Origin: Terrisporobacter sp.
Lineage (GTDB): Bacteria; Bacillota; Clostridia; Peptostreptococcales; Peptostreptococcaceae
Direction of reading: 5' to 3'
Assembly (NCBI RefSeq): GCF_017888745.1
Contig: NZ_JAGHFM010000290.1
Span: 1-57,819, forward strand
Length of the DNA: 57,819 nt
Within the stretch, counting starts at the first letter, position 1; every line of letters starts with the position of its first letter. A program made the translations under genes and the position numbers. Of this stretch, positions 21,090 through 31,446 are shown one piece after another. The notes under the pieces are model-generated. The model did no database searches and was not told the origin of the DNA. It worked only from the letters and a program-made list of their open reading frames with translations.

Positions 21090-22174
21090 TTATGTAAAGA
21101 ATATGAAAGACGATTTCTTCTTTCTTTTTTTCTTATAGTTTTCTTGCTCTATTAATTCAGCCAAATAATTAGCATAAGCCAAACTAGAAAATCTATCTTT
21201 ACGCTTAGAACCATTTTTTATTGCTATATTACCACTAGGTCTATTTTCATATTCTAAATTTAAAGTTTCAAATATAAATTGGCTTGTTTGAACAAATGGA
21301 AGAAGTATGTTCGCATGATATTCTCCATCTGTATGAAACTTCTTATCGCCCTTTAATTCACTTTCTTTTACGTTTTCATCTATTAATAATCTTATTTTTT
21401 TACTTAATAATGCATTTTTTAAATAAACTATAGTATTGTTATTGTCTTTTTCATAAGCCTTCATTACAAAAATACAATTGTTACCTTCTTTTAGAGGTTC
21501 AAATTCCGTATTTACATTTGAACTATATACTCCAAAAGCATCATAATGTTCATCTATTGTAGCATCGTATGAAGATTTTTGCATTTCATCTATTAAAGCC
21601 ACACCATTACCGTTACCGTCTATAATCAGCTTATCACATTCAAATTCAGTATATAATCTTTTAATTCTAGTCGCTTGATCTTCAGTTTTAACACCATTCC
21701 AAGCCTCTATATAAACTACCTCACGCTTGTAAGAGTCTCCATTAGGCAATAACCTCATAAGTGTAAATACTGAGTTATCGTTTTTATTTGAACTCATTCT
21801 AGCAAAGTCTACACCTATAATCCTTATCTCTCCATCTTTTCTAGGCATCTGTTTCATTTTCTTCTTTTTTAAGTCTGGAGATCTATACTCATCATCTGTA
21901 AGAGGATAATATGCTTTTGTTAATACCCTACAATCATTTAATTCTGAGGACTTATAAAAACTATTTTCGTTTTCTCCCCAGAATAAAGCATTATATTCCA
22001 TATCAAACGAAAACTCACCTAATGCTATTCTATCTTCATCTATTTTTTCCTGTGTTATCAATCCATGATCCAAAGAACATTCATAACTTATATCTATTGA
22101 TGTTGCTGGCTTCCCTTCAATCATCATATTTGTAATATCTTTGAACTTTTCCCACGACCAATGGGATTTTAGCC
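21090..22174 (-). CDS. terL: Terminase large subunit, exon 2 (nuclease domain)
   Basis: T|GG CTA AAA TCC CAT TGG gives LSSA-WLKSHWSW; IIGVDFAR, IIDGNGNG and KDRFSS RNase H-like motifs; spliced 578 aa. Confidence 0.9.
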
Positions 22175-22564
22175 CGATTGTTATTAACGTAAGGCTTTTT
22201 ATCCTTACCTCTGGAGGTTTCCCTCATTTTCATCGGTATGTCAATTCATACCCAGCCTAGCATATATTTTCACGCTTTAATATGGTGCGTGTCGAACACT
22301 CTTGGTACTATTATATTCTGCGAACATTAGTTATCTGTTAACAGTTTCAAGTACTATGCGTTACAATACTATTAATTTTTTACTTTAATAGTTATCTCGG
22401 TATTAACTTATCTATAAAATCATTAATTATATTATTTATATTATCATTTTATTAATTTTATAGATTTAGTCTTTCTTACCATATACTTCACAGTATATAT
22501 GACCGATTTTGCTCGATTCTTCATCATAGCTATCCATATTCACTATGATATGCGCAGTTTGTTT
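22175..22564 (-). mobile_element. Group I intron (390 nt, no ORF) in terL
   Basis: Exon UGCGU pairs with GCGCA (U.G wobble); core AAAAUCGGU..AAUACCGAG and GUAACGCAUA..AAUAUAUGCU; ends in G; frame restored. Confidence 0.9.
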
Positions 22565-23216
22565 ACGCACTAGATAGATATAGCTCTTTATTGCTTTCTT
22601 TTGGATAATTAGCATATTCATTTTTAAAATAAAATGGTGGAGTTCTTCTATTTGTTAAAAATGGTTTTAAAACCTGATCTAGTATAAGTTTGTCAACCAT
22701 TCTAAACTCATCAATTAGTAATACATTACAACGAATTCCTCTCGCTCCCTGATTAGATGCAATCGAAGTTATCTTACTTCCATTTCTAAACATACAAGCA
22801 GTATTATTATGATAGGTTCGTATGCCTTTAGGTTCAATTTCTGCTGACAAAGTTGGGGAATTATTCATAAGTTCTGCGATTTTATCAGTTATCACTGCGT
22901 CTGCTTGAGATTTTTGACCAGAAGCAATTACTATTTTTATTCCAGGATACAAAATTGCAACAGAAACACAGTAAATTGCGGTAAGATAGCTCTTACCTAA
23001 TCCCCTGCAAGCAATCCAGCAAAACCAATTCGATTTATGCATCATGTGAATTATTATCTTTTGAAATGTAAATAATTTTACACCTAAATATTGTTCTACA
23101 AATATTTCTATATTCTTTCGGTAGAATTCACCCCAAATTTTACCGCCTTCAATTAAATTTTCCTTTTGATTACTTTTTATATTTTTTCTAGGTTTCGACG
23201 GTATCTTGTTACTCAT
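22565..23216 (-). CDS. terL: Terminase large subunit, exon 1 (ATPase domain)
   Basis: Walker A CRGLGKS, ARGIRCNVLLIDE Walker B, LYLSSA coupling motif. Confidence 0.92.
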
Positions 23217-24045
23217 TCATATCACCTACGTCTTTATTCTTCAATCCTAAAACACGTTTAAAAGGCGATACGAAGTATTTATCCATTATTTTTTCTATTT
23301 TATTAACATCATCAAATTCGTTTGAAGTCATTGGTATTGGTTCTTCGTATTCAATTAATTTCAATATATTTCCTAACGTCATTTCATCTTCATCATCTGT
23401 AGATTGTTTTGGTAAGACATTTAAATCTTCCATAGTTCTTCTTATTTGAGTCGATATTTTATCATAGCCATTTTTATCGCCAGTAATTCTACATTTTTCT
23501 TTCATTAAATCTAATTCAGCAAGTTGTTTTAATATTTCTTGTTCTTGCAATCTTTTACTAGGATAATGTTCTGAATATATTTTATATTTTCTTTCTAATT
23601 TACGATACTCAGATGCAGTATAACCTTCACCATACTTATCAATCAACTCTTCTGAAATTATTCCATCTTCTAATTTAATATCATTATTCTCATTTGGTAT
23701 TGATGTATTATTAAGACTAGTCTTATCTCTTCTATCTTTAGTCCCATTCACCTGTCTAAAATAATCCCCTATAAAATTAATCCCATCCTTAACAACACAT
23801 GAGTTATATAATTCTTCATCAAAATATTCATCTAAATTCATAAGTAAATGGCGAAAAGCATTTGTTGAATTTCCATTATAAATAGTTAACAATCTTTCAT
23901 ATCTACTTTGAACACACTCTTTACATATATTAAGTCGTCCAGTATAAGCATTTAATTCACTAGCACTTTTATAAAAATCTCGAGTTATTAAACGGTTACG
24001 ACCACAACAGGCACATTTAATCTTTTCTATCGTTTTTTTAGACAT
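23209..24045 (-). CDS. Zn-finger protein, probable terminase small subunit
   Basis: CACCG..FYKS..ICKEC; overlaps the terL start. Confidence 0.6.
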   Translation of the reverse strand: MSKKTIEKIKCACCGRNRLITRDFYKSASELNAYTGRLNICKECVQSRYERLLTIYNGNSTNAFRHLLMNLDEYFDEELYNSCVVKDGINFIGDYFRQVNGTKDRRDKTSLNNTSIPNENNDIKLEDGIISEELIDKYGEGYTASEYRKLERKYKIYSEHYPSKRLQEQEILKQLAELDLMKEKCRITGDKNGYDKISTQIRRTMEDLNVLPKQSTDDEDEMTLGNILKLIEYEEPIPMTSNEFDDVNKIEKIMDKYFVSPFKRVLGLKNKDVGDMNE

Positions 24046-24056
24046 TGAATCACCTC

Positions 24057-25268
24057 TTATTTTATTAATTCTCCATTTAAAATTTTGTTTATATTATCAA
24101 ATTCCCAGTATGGTATTCTTATTAATTTCCACCCATGTTCTTTTGCATATTTATCTTTAATTTCATCGCATTTTTTTAAATATTCAAACTCATCATAATT
24201 ATCATGAATTCCATTTGGATATTTAAAATGCTGTCCTCCATCATATTCTATCCATATTTTTAAGTCAGGTAATATAAAATCTGGTCTCAACTTGTTAAAC
24301 TTTGGAGATAATAAGTCTTTAAAATAAGGTTTATCACAACAATGTTTTATATTGTTTGCATTTAAAAACAGCATTATTTCCTTTTCTCCTTTAGACATAG
24401 AACACTCTTTACACAATAATTTTGTATTAAATGCATTTTGAGGAGAATTATCATAAGATTCGCCACATTTCCCACATATAAATTTATATTTTTTAGTACT
24501 ATTAGGGGCTACTTCATATGGAGATTTCTTATTTTTAGAACTCCAATATTTGGCTTTTTCAGGACATAATGCACCAAAACTATCTTTGGGATGTAATGAC
24601 TTTCCTTTATGAGAACATTGAGGGCATCTATCTCCTCTTGTAAAATTAACACATGCTGTTTTATAATCATCATGATAATCCTTGTTTTGACATATTATCC
24701 ATATCTTTTTACTACTCTTTGGTGATATTTTCCAAGGATTTAATGTATTTTTATCACTCCAATATTTTTCTAAGAAATTAGGATCAGTATTATCAATGTG
24801 ATATTGAGCAAATGAATCTTTAGGATGTACTTTATGCTTGCTACAATAGGGACATATCTTTTTGTTTACTACAAATCTGTTTGGGTTAGTTTTATAAACA
24901 TTATGATATTTAACCATAGTGCATTTAATCCATATCTTTTTACCTGAATTTTTATATATCAAATAAGGATTAACAGTATTCTTTTCCCAATCCCAATACT
25001 TATTAAGTGGTTCGCCTAATTCAACCTGTATATGATATGCAAATGAATTTTCATATTTATTACAACAATGAGTACAATTTGAACCTTTATTGAACAAATA
25101 CAAATCTATATCATATTCAATATTACAATAAGGACATTTAATTCTCACATATTTACATTTTAAATTTAAAATATGTTTATCTAAGGTATACTCATATCTT
25201 TCATAAGTATAAATATAGATATACCCTCTTTCTTCAACTTTTTTTGAATGATTTTCATTATAATACAA
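24057..25268 (-). CDS. Free-standing zinc-ribbon / Vsr-like endonuclease (paralogue of 18123-19172)
   Basis: Shared CCNKYENSFAY..EPLNKYWDWEKNTVNPYLIY block; PDFILP..IEYDGGQH..LIRIPYW. Confidence 0.8.
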   Translation of the reverse strand: MYYNENHSKKVEERGYIYIYTYERYEYTLDKHILNLKCKYVRIKCPYCNIEYDIDLYLFNKGSNCTHCCNKYENSFAYHIQVELGEPLNKYWDWEKNTVNPYLIYKNSGKKIWIKCTMVKYHNVYKTNPNRFVVNKKICPYCSKHKVHPKDSFAQYHIDNTDPNFLEKYWSDKNTLNPWKISPKSSKKIWIICQNKDYHDDYKTACVNFTRGDRCPQCSHKGKSLHPKDSFGALCPEKAKYWSSKNKKSPYEVAPNSTKKYKFICGKCGESYDNSPQNAFNTKLLCKECSMSKGEKEIMLFLNANNIKHCCDKPYFKDLLSPKFNKLRPDFILPDLKIWIEYDGGQHFKYPNGIHDNYDEFEYLKKCDEIKDKYAKEHGWKLIRIPYWEFDNINKILNGELIK

Positions 25269-25306
25269 TTTATTACCTCCAAAGATTTCTATAAAATAAA
25301 AATGAT

Positions 25307-25477
25307 CTACTGATTAGCAGACCATTCATTTAACAATTTACTTAGTTCTTCATTTTTAATATAAACCCAAAATCTATTGTTATTATTTGGGTTATTTGCA
25401 CATAATTCATATCGCACCCCATGTTTAGTTAAATAATTTCTCAAATTTAAACTATAGCAACAATATAATTTATTCAT
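25307..25477 (-). CDS. Small DUF5659-like protein
   Basis: Start reassigned to ATG 25477 (RBS GGAGGT); CYSLNLRNYL..FWVY..LLNEW. Confidence 0.7.
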   Translation of the reverse strand: MNKLYCCYSLNLRNYLTKHGVRYELCANNPNNNNRFWVYIKNEELSKLLNEWSANQ

Positions 25478-25861
25478 ATAACCTCCATATTTTATCAATA
25501 AAAAATACCTACCAAAGCAGGGGATACTCTGGTAGGTCATAATGAGGAGGAGATTGTTTAATTCCCAAGTAATCTCTCGAGAATTAAAAAAATCATAGGA
25601 AAATTCCTACAATCGATTAACTCTCGAATTATCTCCACCTGTTTAAAGCGATTTTAAATTTTCAACAACAATTTATCAAAAACATAATTAAAATACCTCT
25701 GTGTAGCTCCTATCAGCTCACAGCACTATATCTGATTGATAATACATTCTCTATTCATCAATTTTATAATCCTAAATGTATATTTTTCTCTACACAATAA
25801 TTCCCCTAGAATATTTAACCACTCCAATTACTCGCAAAAATACCCTCATGAATTATTAAAA

Positions 25862-26143
25862 TTATTCAACTTCTATTTCATAACATGCAACAGTATAATC
25901 ATTATGCCACTTGCCATTTTTATCTTTATAATTATTCTCACTAAATTCAGCTTTAATAGTAACAACATTCATAACATTAGATTCAATGATCGAAAATAAT
26001 TCACTATTAAAACAGCAAACTTTTATTTTCTTATGAGTAAATTCCTTTTCATTAGCCATTACAAATTTAATAATTTTATTACTTTTATATGTAATATCTA
26101 TAATTCTACCTTCATAAATTAATTCATTCTTAATATAAATCAC
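25862..26143 (-). CDS. Small OB-fold / SSB-like protein
   Basis: YEGRI..IKVCCF..NNYKDKNGKWHNDYTVACYEIE resembles an SSB OB fold; no acidic tail. Confidence 0.55.
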   Translation of the reverse strand: MIYIKNELIYEGRIIDITYKSNKIIKFVMANEKEFTHKKIKVCCFNSELFSIIESNVMNVVTIKAEFSENNYKDKNGKWHNDYTVACYEIEVE

Positions 26144-26194
26144 CTCATTAACATGACAATTATCAAAAATAATATAAAAATAAGAATATAATGA

Positions 26195-26316
26195 ACTAGG
26201 TCTATTTTAGACCTACCCCCTAGCCTAAATCGGACTACCCCTTAGTCGGATTCGGACTTACCCTAGGTCTATATCTGTCCACTATTAATACTTATATAAC
26301 AATACTTATATATAAT
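26195..26316 (+). repeat. Four ~22 bp semi-palindromic iteron-like repeats plus AT-rich repeats
   Basis: TAGGTCTATTTTAGACCTACCCC, TAGCCTAAATCGGACTACCCC, TAGTCGGATTCGGACTTACCC, TAGGTCTATATCTGTCC, then AATACTTATATA x2. Confidence 0.7.
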
Positions 26317-26381
26317 ATTTATAATAAAATACATAAAATACACCAACGAATACAATCGTTAGTGTATTTTAAAATCATTTT

Positions 26382-26837
26382 TTATTCATTTATTAGTTCT
26401 TCATCATCTAGTAATTCTTCTGCTATTAATTCTGACTCAAAATCTTCATCCATCATTTCCTCAAATTTATTTATCACTTCTTTTTGTACTTCTTCTACAT
26501 CTTCTACCACATATCTCACATAATAACAGTTGTTCATCCATTCTTCACCTTGCTTTTTATACCTAACTATAAATCTCTTTTTCTCTAGCCATTTTATACT
26601 TTTCTTTATAGTAGTTAATCCTAAACAAGTCTCATTTGAAATTGTAGACAATGAAGGGAACGCATATTGATAGTCCCTATTATATCTAAAACATAAATAA
26701 CAATATACCTTAAAGTCACTAGCATTAGGTATATATCTGAACATTGTATTTGCTATTTGCGTAAAATTAGCGTCTAATACATATAATGGCTTTAATTTAT
26801 ATTTATTTTTTATTTTACATCTCTTTGCATTACTCAT
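26382..26837 (-). CDS. Winged-helix (HTH_36-like) DNA-binding / initiator-like protein
   Basis: FKVYCYL..AFPSLSTISNETCLGLTTIKKSIKWLEKKRFI..NCYY. Confidence 0.75.
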   Translation of the reverse strand: MSNAKRCKIKNKYKLKPLYVLDANFTQIANTMFRYIPNASDFKVYCYLCFRYNRDYQYAFPSLSTISNETCLGLTTIKKSIKWLEKKRFIVRYKKQGEEWMNNCYYVRYVVEDVEEVQKEVINKFEEMMDEDFESELIAEELLDDEELINE

Positions 26838-26855
26838 TTAATTTACCTCCATATT

Positions 26856-27041
26856 TTAATTTGTAGGTTTTGTTACTTTCCATTGAGTTAATAACTTATT
26901 TAATTCATCACATCTAACATAAACCCAGCAAGTCTTATCCGTCTTTATATCCTTGCACACCATGTCGTAAATCAATCCATTGTCATATAAGAATTTCTTT
27001 AATTTTGGTGAATAACACTTAAATATTTTATATTCCTTCAT
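26856..27041 (-). CDS. Small DUF5659-like protein
   Basis: CYSPKLKKFL..CWVY..LLTQW; third paralogue. Confidence 0.7.
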   Translation of the reverse strand: MKEYKIFKCYSPKLKKFLYDNGLIYDMVCKDIKTDKTCWVYVRCDELNKLLTQWKVTKPTN

Positions 27042-27065
27042 ATATCCACTCCTATTTTATTAATT

Positions 27066-28232
27066 TTATACCTTTATTACATAACTAGATTCTACTCCAA
27101 ACTTGTCTTTATCTAATATTAATAAAGTTTGACTAGGTTTAGAGAATAGTTTTTTATTACTTGCATATTCATCACTACCCATCAATGATCCATTTACAAA
27201 TATCTCACAATTAGCATTTGTAAAGAATCTAGGATTGTGTATATGACCAAATACTATTATGTCTGCATTGACATTAGTTGAATTTTCTAATTGTTCAACA
27301 CATTTATTATCTGTTGCTATCTTATCGCCATGACACGCAATTATATTTTTTCCTTTGATATCAACAATTGCAATTTCATCATGATTAATAGTATTATCTA
27401 ATACAACAAAATTTGATATATCCTTGGTTCTTAATTTTATAAACTCTTTTATTATTTGAGTATAATTATCTTTATTTAAGTTATCGTCTTTATTGGAATA
27501 AACTCTAGAATGGTTATCTGAAACCATAGATAACGTTACATAAGGAAGGTGCTTACTTAATTTATATAAAACTTCCGAAATAAGTTCTGATACTTCTATA
27601 ATCTGTACAACTAAATTCTCAGCATTTTGTAATCTAACTGTTGAATGTATCTCTCCAGAAATCCAATCTCCTAGTCCTATAACATTGCAAGTATCAATGT
27701 TATGTAATAAACATTTTTCTATTGTATCATCAATTACTTTATTTAATCTTTCCTTACATATTTCAGGATTATATTTATTAACTGAGTTGTCACATACCAT
27801 GAAATAATGCAAATCTCCAAGCAATAATACTGCATCTTTTCCATTAGATTCATGATTAATGTAACTATGATTTACCATAGGTTTTTTATTAGATAAATCA
27901 TATATATCGTCTTTTAGTAAATCAACTATATTCTCAATTCTAGCTAAATTTCGTATATCTTTATTTACTAAAGTTCTCATATCCTGTAATTTAACTTTTT
28001 CCTTTTTTATCTCTAGTAACTTTTCATTTAATAGATCTGATTCATCTTGAGAAACTATTTCATTTTGAAATGTATCATAAGCTAGTTTCATACCATAACT
28101 TAACTTTCTGAGATGGTCTTGTGAATAATCTAATTCATACTTTTCAATTAAATCATCCCAATCATAATCATTTAATTTTTGCAATTTATTGATACAATCT
28201 CTAATTAATCCCCTATTGTCTCTCTCCTCCAA
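27066..28232 (-). CDS. Calcineurin-like metallophosphoesterase
   Basis: GDLH, GDWISG, DNH, CHGD and FGHIH motifs. Confidence 0.85.
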   Translation of the reverse strand: MEERDNRGLIRDCINKLQKLNDYDWDDLIEKYELDYSQDHLRKLSYGMKLAYDTFQNEIVSQDESDLLNEKLLEIKKEKVKLQDMRTLVNKDIRNLARIENIVDLLKDDIYDLSNKKPMVNHSYINHESNGKDAVLLLGDLHYFMVCDNSVNKYNPEICKERLNKVIDDTIEKCLLHNIDTCNVIGLGDWISGEIHSTVRLQNAENLVVQIIEVSELISEVLYKLSKHLPYVTLSMVSDNHSRVYSNKDDNLNKDNYTQIIKEFIKLRTKDISNFVVLDNTINHDEIAIVDIKGKNIIACHGDKIATDNKCVEQLENSTNVNADIIVFGHIHNPRFFTNANCEIFVNGSLMGSDEYASNKKLFSKPSQTLLILDKDKFGVESSYVIKV

Positions 28233-28240
28233 AATATCAC

Positions 28241-28510
28241 CTACAGTTCTTCTGAATTTTCTATTGATATATTTAATCCTTTTTCACCTATAAATTGTTC
28301 TAACACACCTTTAACTGCGTCAGATGACATATCATTGCTTGTAGCTATAGATATTTTTAAATTTTCTTTTCCATCTATCTTATCAAACACTTCTTGTAAC
28401 GGTCTTTCAAATTGTATTTCATCTTTATTATTCTTTTCGTAAATTACTACTCCATTATCTTCTCTTGTAATATCACAATTTTTTAATGACAATTTAAATT
28501 GTTCTTTCAT
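28241..28510 (-). CDS. YonK-like small protein
   Basis: Size, duplicated L..F.G...L.ISI pattern and synteny between HU and phosphoesterase as in SPbeta. Confidence 0.5.
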   Translation of the reverse strand: MKEQFKLSLKNCDITREDNGVVIYEKNNKDEIQFERPLQEVFDKIDGKENLKISIATSNDMSSDAVKGVLEQFIGEKGLNISIENSEEL

Positions 28511-28595
28511 TATTCAATCTCCCCTTTATATTTGAACATAATAAAACCACCTCATTTAAGGTGGTGCAATAAAATTACCTTTTTATATATAATTC

Positions 28596-28750
28596 TGCTA
28601 TATCAATGGCTCGTCAGCTACACCTATTAGGTCATTGATATAGGCTTACGAATAATGGTCTATGCTCAATGAGTCACAGCCTGTATATTTTAACCTCACA
28701 CTTATTTAACATATTCTCAAAGAAAACATAGCCTTAGCGAGTCCATTATC
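28596..28750 (-). ncRNA. Candidate structured non-coding RNA
   Basis: Two long bulged hairpins in a GC-enriched intergenic region, followed by a terminator-like hairpin at about 28540-28565. Confidence 0.5.
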
Positions 28751-28776
28751 TTATTTATTTTATTAATTTTACAGTT

Positions 28777-29088
28777 CTATTCAATTATTTCTTCATGTTC
28801 TTTTTCAAATGACTTCTTAGCAGATAAAACTATTTTTATTTTCTCTGGTGTTGACCAAGGCACTTCTTCTTCACCTAATTTACTAACCCCTGTTCTTGGT
28901 GCCATTCTCTTCTTAGCTATTTTTATACAACCACAATTTACAGATTCCCCAACTTCTAATTGCTCCCCTAATGCAACTATAGTTTCTTCAAATATAGATA
29001 ATAATTCATTAGACTCCTTTAAAGTTAGTTCAAATTCATGGTTTCCTGCTTTCTCTTTAAATGTTTTTAATACAGTTTGTTTATTCAT
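28777..29088 (-). CDS. HU/IHF-like DNA-binding protein
   Basis: MNKQ..GESV..G.IKI.KRMAPRTG..IVLSAKKSF pattern. Confidence 0.75.
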   Translation of the reverse strand: MNKQTVLKTFKEKAGNHEFELTLKESNELLSIFEETIVALGEQLEVGESVNCGCIKIAKKRMAPRTGVSKLGEEEVPWSTPEKIKIVLSAKKSFEKEHEEIIE

Positions 29089-29267
29089 AATACAATCTCT
29101 CCCTTTTTCATTAATATTTTAGGGTTAAATGTGTATATTTTTTAATTCTTTAACCCCTTACAAATATAACCTATACTTCTAGGGAAAAATATACCTATAT
29201 TTTGTCCAATTGTATTAGTAAATTATAATTGTATTATTAATTTTAGCAAATTGTATTATGATACAAT

Positions 29268-30443
29268 TTATTTTTGTTGACATTGTTTACATTGAGATTG
29301 CAATCTGTTGCCTTTTTTAGAAAATTGTTGTACAAGTTTTATATCTCCACATTTTGAACATGTTTTATATTCTCCTTTACAGATATTTAAATAATACCAA
29401 TCACTATAATTTTCCTCATATTTATTTATTATTTTATTAACAATAGCATTTAAATGTCGTTTTACTACAGGTTGAGTTATATTTAATTCATTAGCAATTT
29501 TCTCTTGCGTCATACCTCTTGAATACATATTTAGCACTTCTCTTTGTGTGTCTGTAAATTTACATTCACTTATTAATTTACTTAAATCAAATAATATACA
29601 GTTTAAATCATCTTGAAAATCAACTATTTCCATACTTCTATGTACTCTTAACAATTCTAAAACATGACTTTTATCAAACATGTCCAATTCTTCATATGAT
29701 TTATAACCTGAATCCTTTAGAGGCTGTTTCCATACAATAGGTTGTTCTAATAATTCTTTTGTCTTAATCATATCTTTCTTTACTTCACCTATTGCATTAA
29801 CTAAAAATCCCCACAATTTATATTCATTTAAATACCTAGTTACTCCTTTTGTTTTTAATGTTTCAATAAGTTTCTTCTTTTCCTCATCAGATTTAATTAT
29901 TTTACTAAGATAATCTAAATAATTTTGATAATCTTGTAATGGAGGATATTTCTTTAAATCCTTTTTGTTTATACTAGGTTTTGGATCTAATTTATAATTA
30001 CCATTTGGTATCAATATTTTAAACTCATTATTCTTATCTAAAGATATATTATCTCCAAATCTATCTATGGCTCGTTTCTCTTTTGCTAATGCAGCCTTAA
30101 AATCTTCTTCTTTCTTATATATCTTATATCGTTCTTTAGTTTCATCATTATCCATAGCTAATAAATACGTCCCCATACTTTCTAATGTAGTAGCTATATT
30201 AGTTTCACTCCATAGGAAATCAGTTTTATTTAAATCTGTTTTACAAATACCTGTATCCCATACTTCCTTCCAAAATGAATCATTAGAGAATTCATACTCC
30301 CCTTCTTTCTGAATATTTAATACTTTATGTACTAACTTAATTCTTTCGTCTAAATCCTCTATTGAATAATTAACTTTCCCTTTATAACTCCATATATCTT
30401 TTCCATCGTATTTTCCTTTAAATGTTGGTCTTGCTATTGCCAT
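29268..30443 (-). CDS. Protein with sigma-70 region 4 / LuxR-like HTH and C-terminal Zn finger
   Basis: FTDTQREVL..GMTQEKIANELNITQPVV..HL and KTCSKCG..QCKQC. Confidence 0.7.
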   Translation of the reverse strand: MAIARPTFKGKYDGKDIWSYKGKVNYSIEDLDERIKLVHKVLNIQKEGEYEFSNDSFWKEVWDTGICKTDLNKTDFLWSETNIATTLESMGTYLLAMDNDETKERYKIYKKEEDFKAALAKEKRAIDRFGDNISLDKNNEFKILIPNGNYKLDPKPSINKKDLKKYPPLQDYQNYLDYLSKIIKSDEEKKKLIETLKTKGVTRYLNEYKLWGFLVNAIGEVKKDMIKTKELLEQPIVWKQPLKDSGYKSYEELDMFDKSHVLELLRVHRSMEIVDFQDDLNCILFDLSKLISECKFTDTQREVLNMYSRGMTQEKIANELNITQPVVKRHLNAIVNKIINKYEENYSDWYYLNICKGEYKTCSKCGDIKLVQQFSKKGNRLQSQCKQCQQK

Positions 30444-30460
30444 ATAAATATTCCTCCTTA

Positions 30461-31261
30461 TTAATTTTCTACTTTATTTTCCTCTAATATTCTTTCAACT
30501 ATTCTTATTTGTCCTTTTGGTGTAACTTTAGTAGTCTTCGTTTCCTTGATTCCATATGGAGTTTTTATTGTTCCAACTTGAACCACAAAATAATTTTGAT
30601 TCATTGCTCTTTGTGTAGGTTCTGTGCTGTTTTTACAAATATATCCCCACTCTCTTAACCTTGCATATAATCTCCTTTCTCCTATGGTTACACCTTCATC
30701 AGATACAATCTTGGCAAGTTCTCTAACTAAAATATTATCTCCTGATTTAATTACTCTATTAGCAAATGTAACCTTTGGTTTGTCCTCTTCTATCTTATCT
30801 ACCAATGGTTTTGTTTCTATTTCAACTAATCTTTTACTAGCCAAAATACCTTCTTGTCCACCATTGTAAATTGCCAATATACACTTTTCTTTTTCAGTTA
30901 TTTGCAGTCTTTGTTCTTCTATCCTATCCTCAAGTGCTTCTATGTACTGTTGTGTTTTATATCTAACTAAGGCACTTTCTTTATTAAGCATTTGCATTAT
31001 TCCAGCTTTATTCATTTTGTAACATGGTCTTTCTTGGTTATTTTTATCTATATATGAGCTGGGTACAAAATTGTTCTCGGCTTTTATATCTGCCTTTTTT
31101 AAATATTCAATTTCATTTCTAATATCTCTCATAAATGTTTTGTGTTCTTTCTTAATTTTATTTCCTTCTTCTTTTCTAAATCCATTTATTAATTCAACCA
31201 CCTCTAAACTAGTCATTGCAACATCATTATTTAACATTAATTCTCCCATAAATACCCCCAT
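30461..31261 (-). CDS. Rha / KilAC phage antirepressor
   Basis: MTSLEVVE..H..MRDIR Rha domain; KPKVTF..LVRELAK..GERRLY..PTQ..TKVTPKGQ ANT domain. Confidence 0.88.
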   Translation of the reverse strand: MGVFMGELMLNNDVAMTSLEVVELINGFRKEEGNKIKKEHKTFMRDIRNEIEYLKKADIKAENNFVPSSYIDKNNQERPCYKMNKAGIMQMLNKESALVRYKTQQYIEALEDRIEEQRLQITEKEKCILAIYNGGQEGILASKRLVEIETKPLVDKIEEDKPKVTFANRVIKSGDNILVRELAKIVSDEGVTIGERRLYARLREWGYICKNSTEPTQRAMNQNYFVVQVGTIKTPYGIKETKTTKVTPKGQIRIVERILEENKVEN

Positions 31262-31446
31262 TAATTCATTGTTCTTTCATCTAATTTATCTAACATGAAT
31301 TCTAATTTCATGATTTTCTTTAATATCATTCTTCTCTCTTGAACATCTGTTGTTTTATTTAATTCCTTTTCTAATTTATTTATATTATCTAATAATGTAA
31401 CTCTATTATACATTTTATCCCCCTGTTTTATTAATTTTATATTCAT
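31261..31446 (-). CDS. Small hypothetical protein
   Basis: Coupled to the antirepressor; start may be the internal ATG after GGGG RBS. Confidence 0.5.
   Translation of the reverse strand: MNIKLIKQGDKMYNRVTLLDNINKLEKELNKTTDVQERRMILKKIMKLEFMLDKLDERTMN

Noticed and set aside
26195..26280. Possible CRISPR or tRNA
   Set aside because: Repeats abut with no spacers and no cloverleaf or T-loop is present
28605..28625. CUGACGA as a hammerhead core
   Set aside because: No stem II followed by GAAA and no matching NUH junction
29208..29267. AATTGTATTA x3 upstream of the HU gene
   Set aside because: Short and AT-only; may be an operator but is too weak to support
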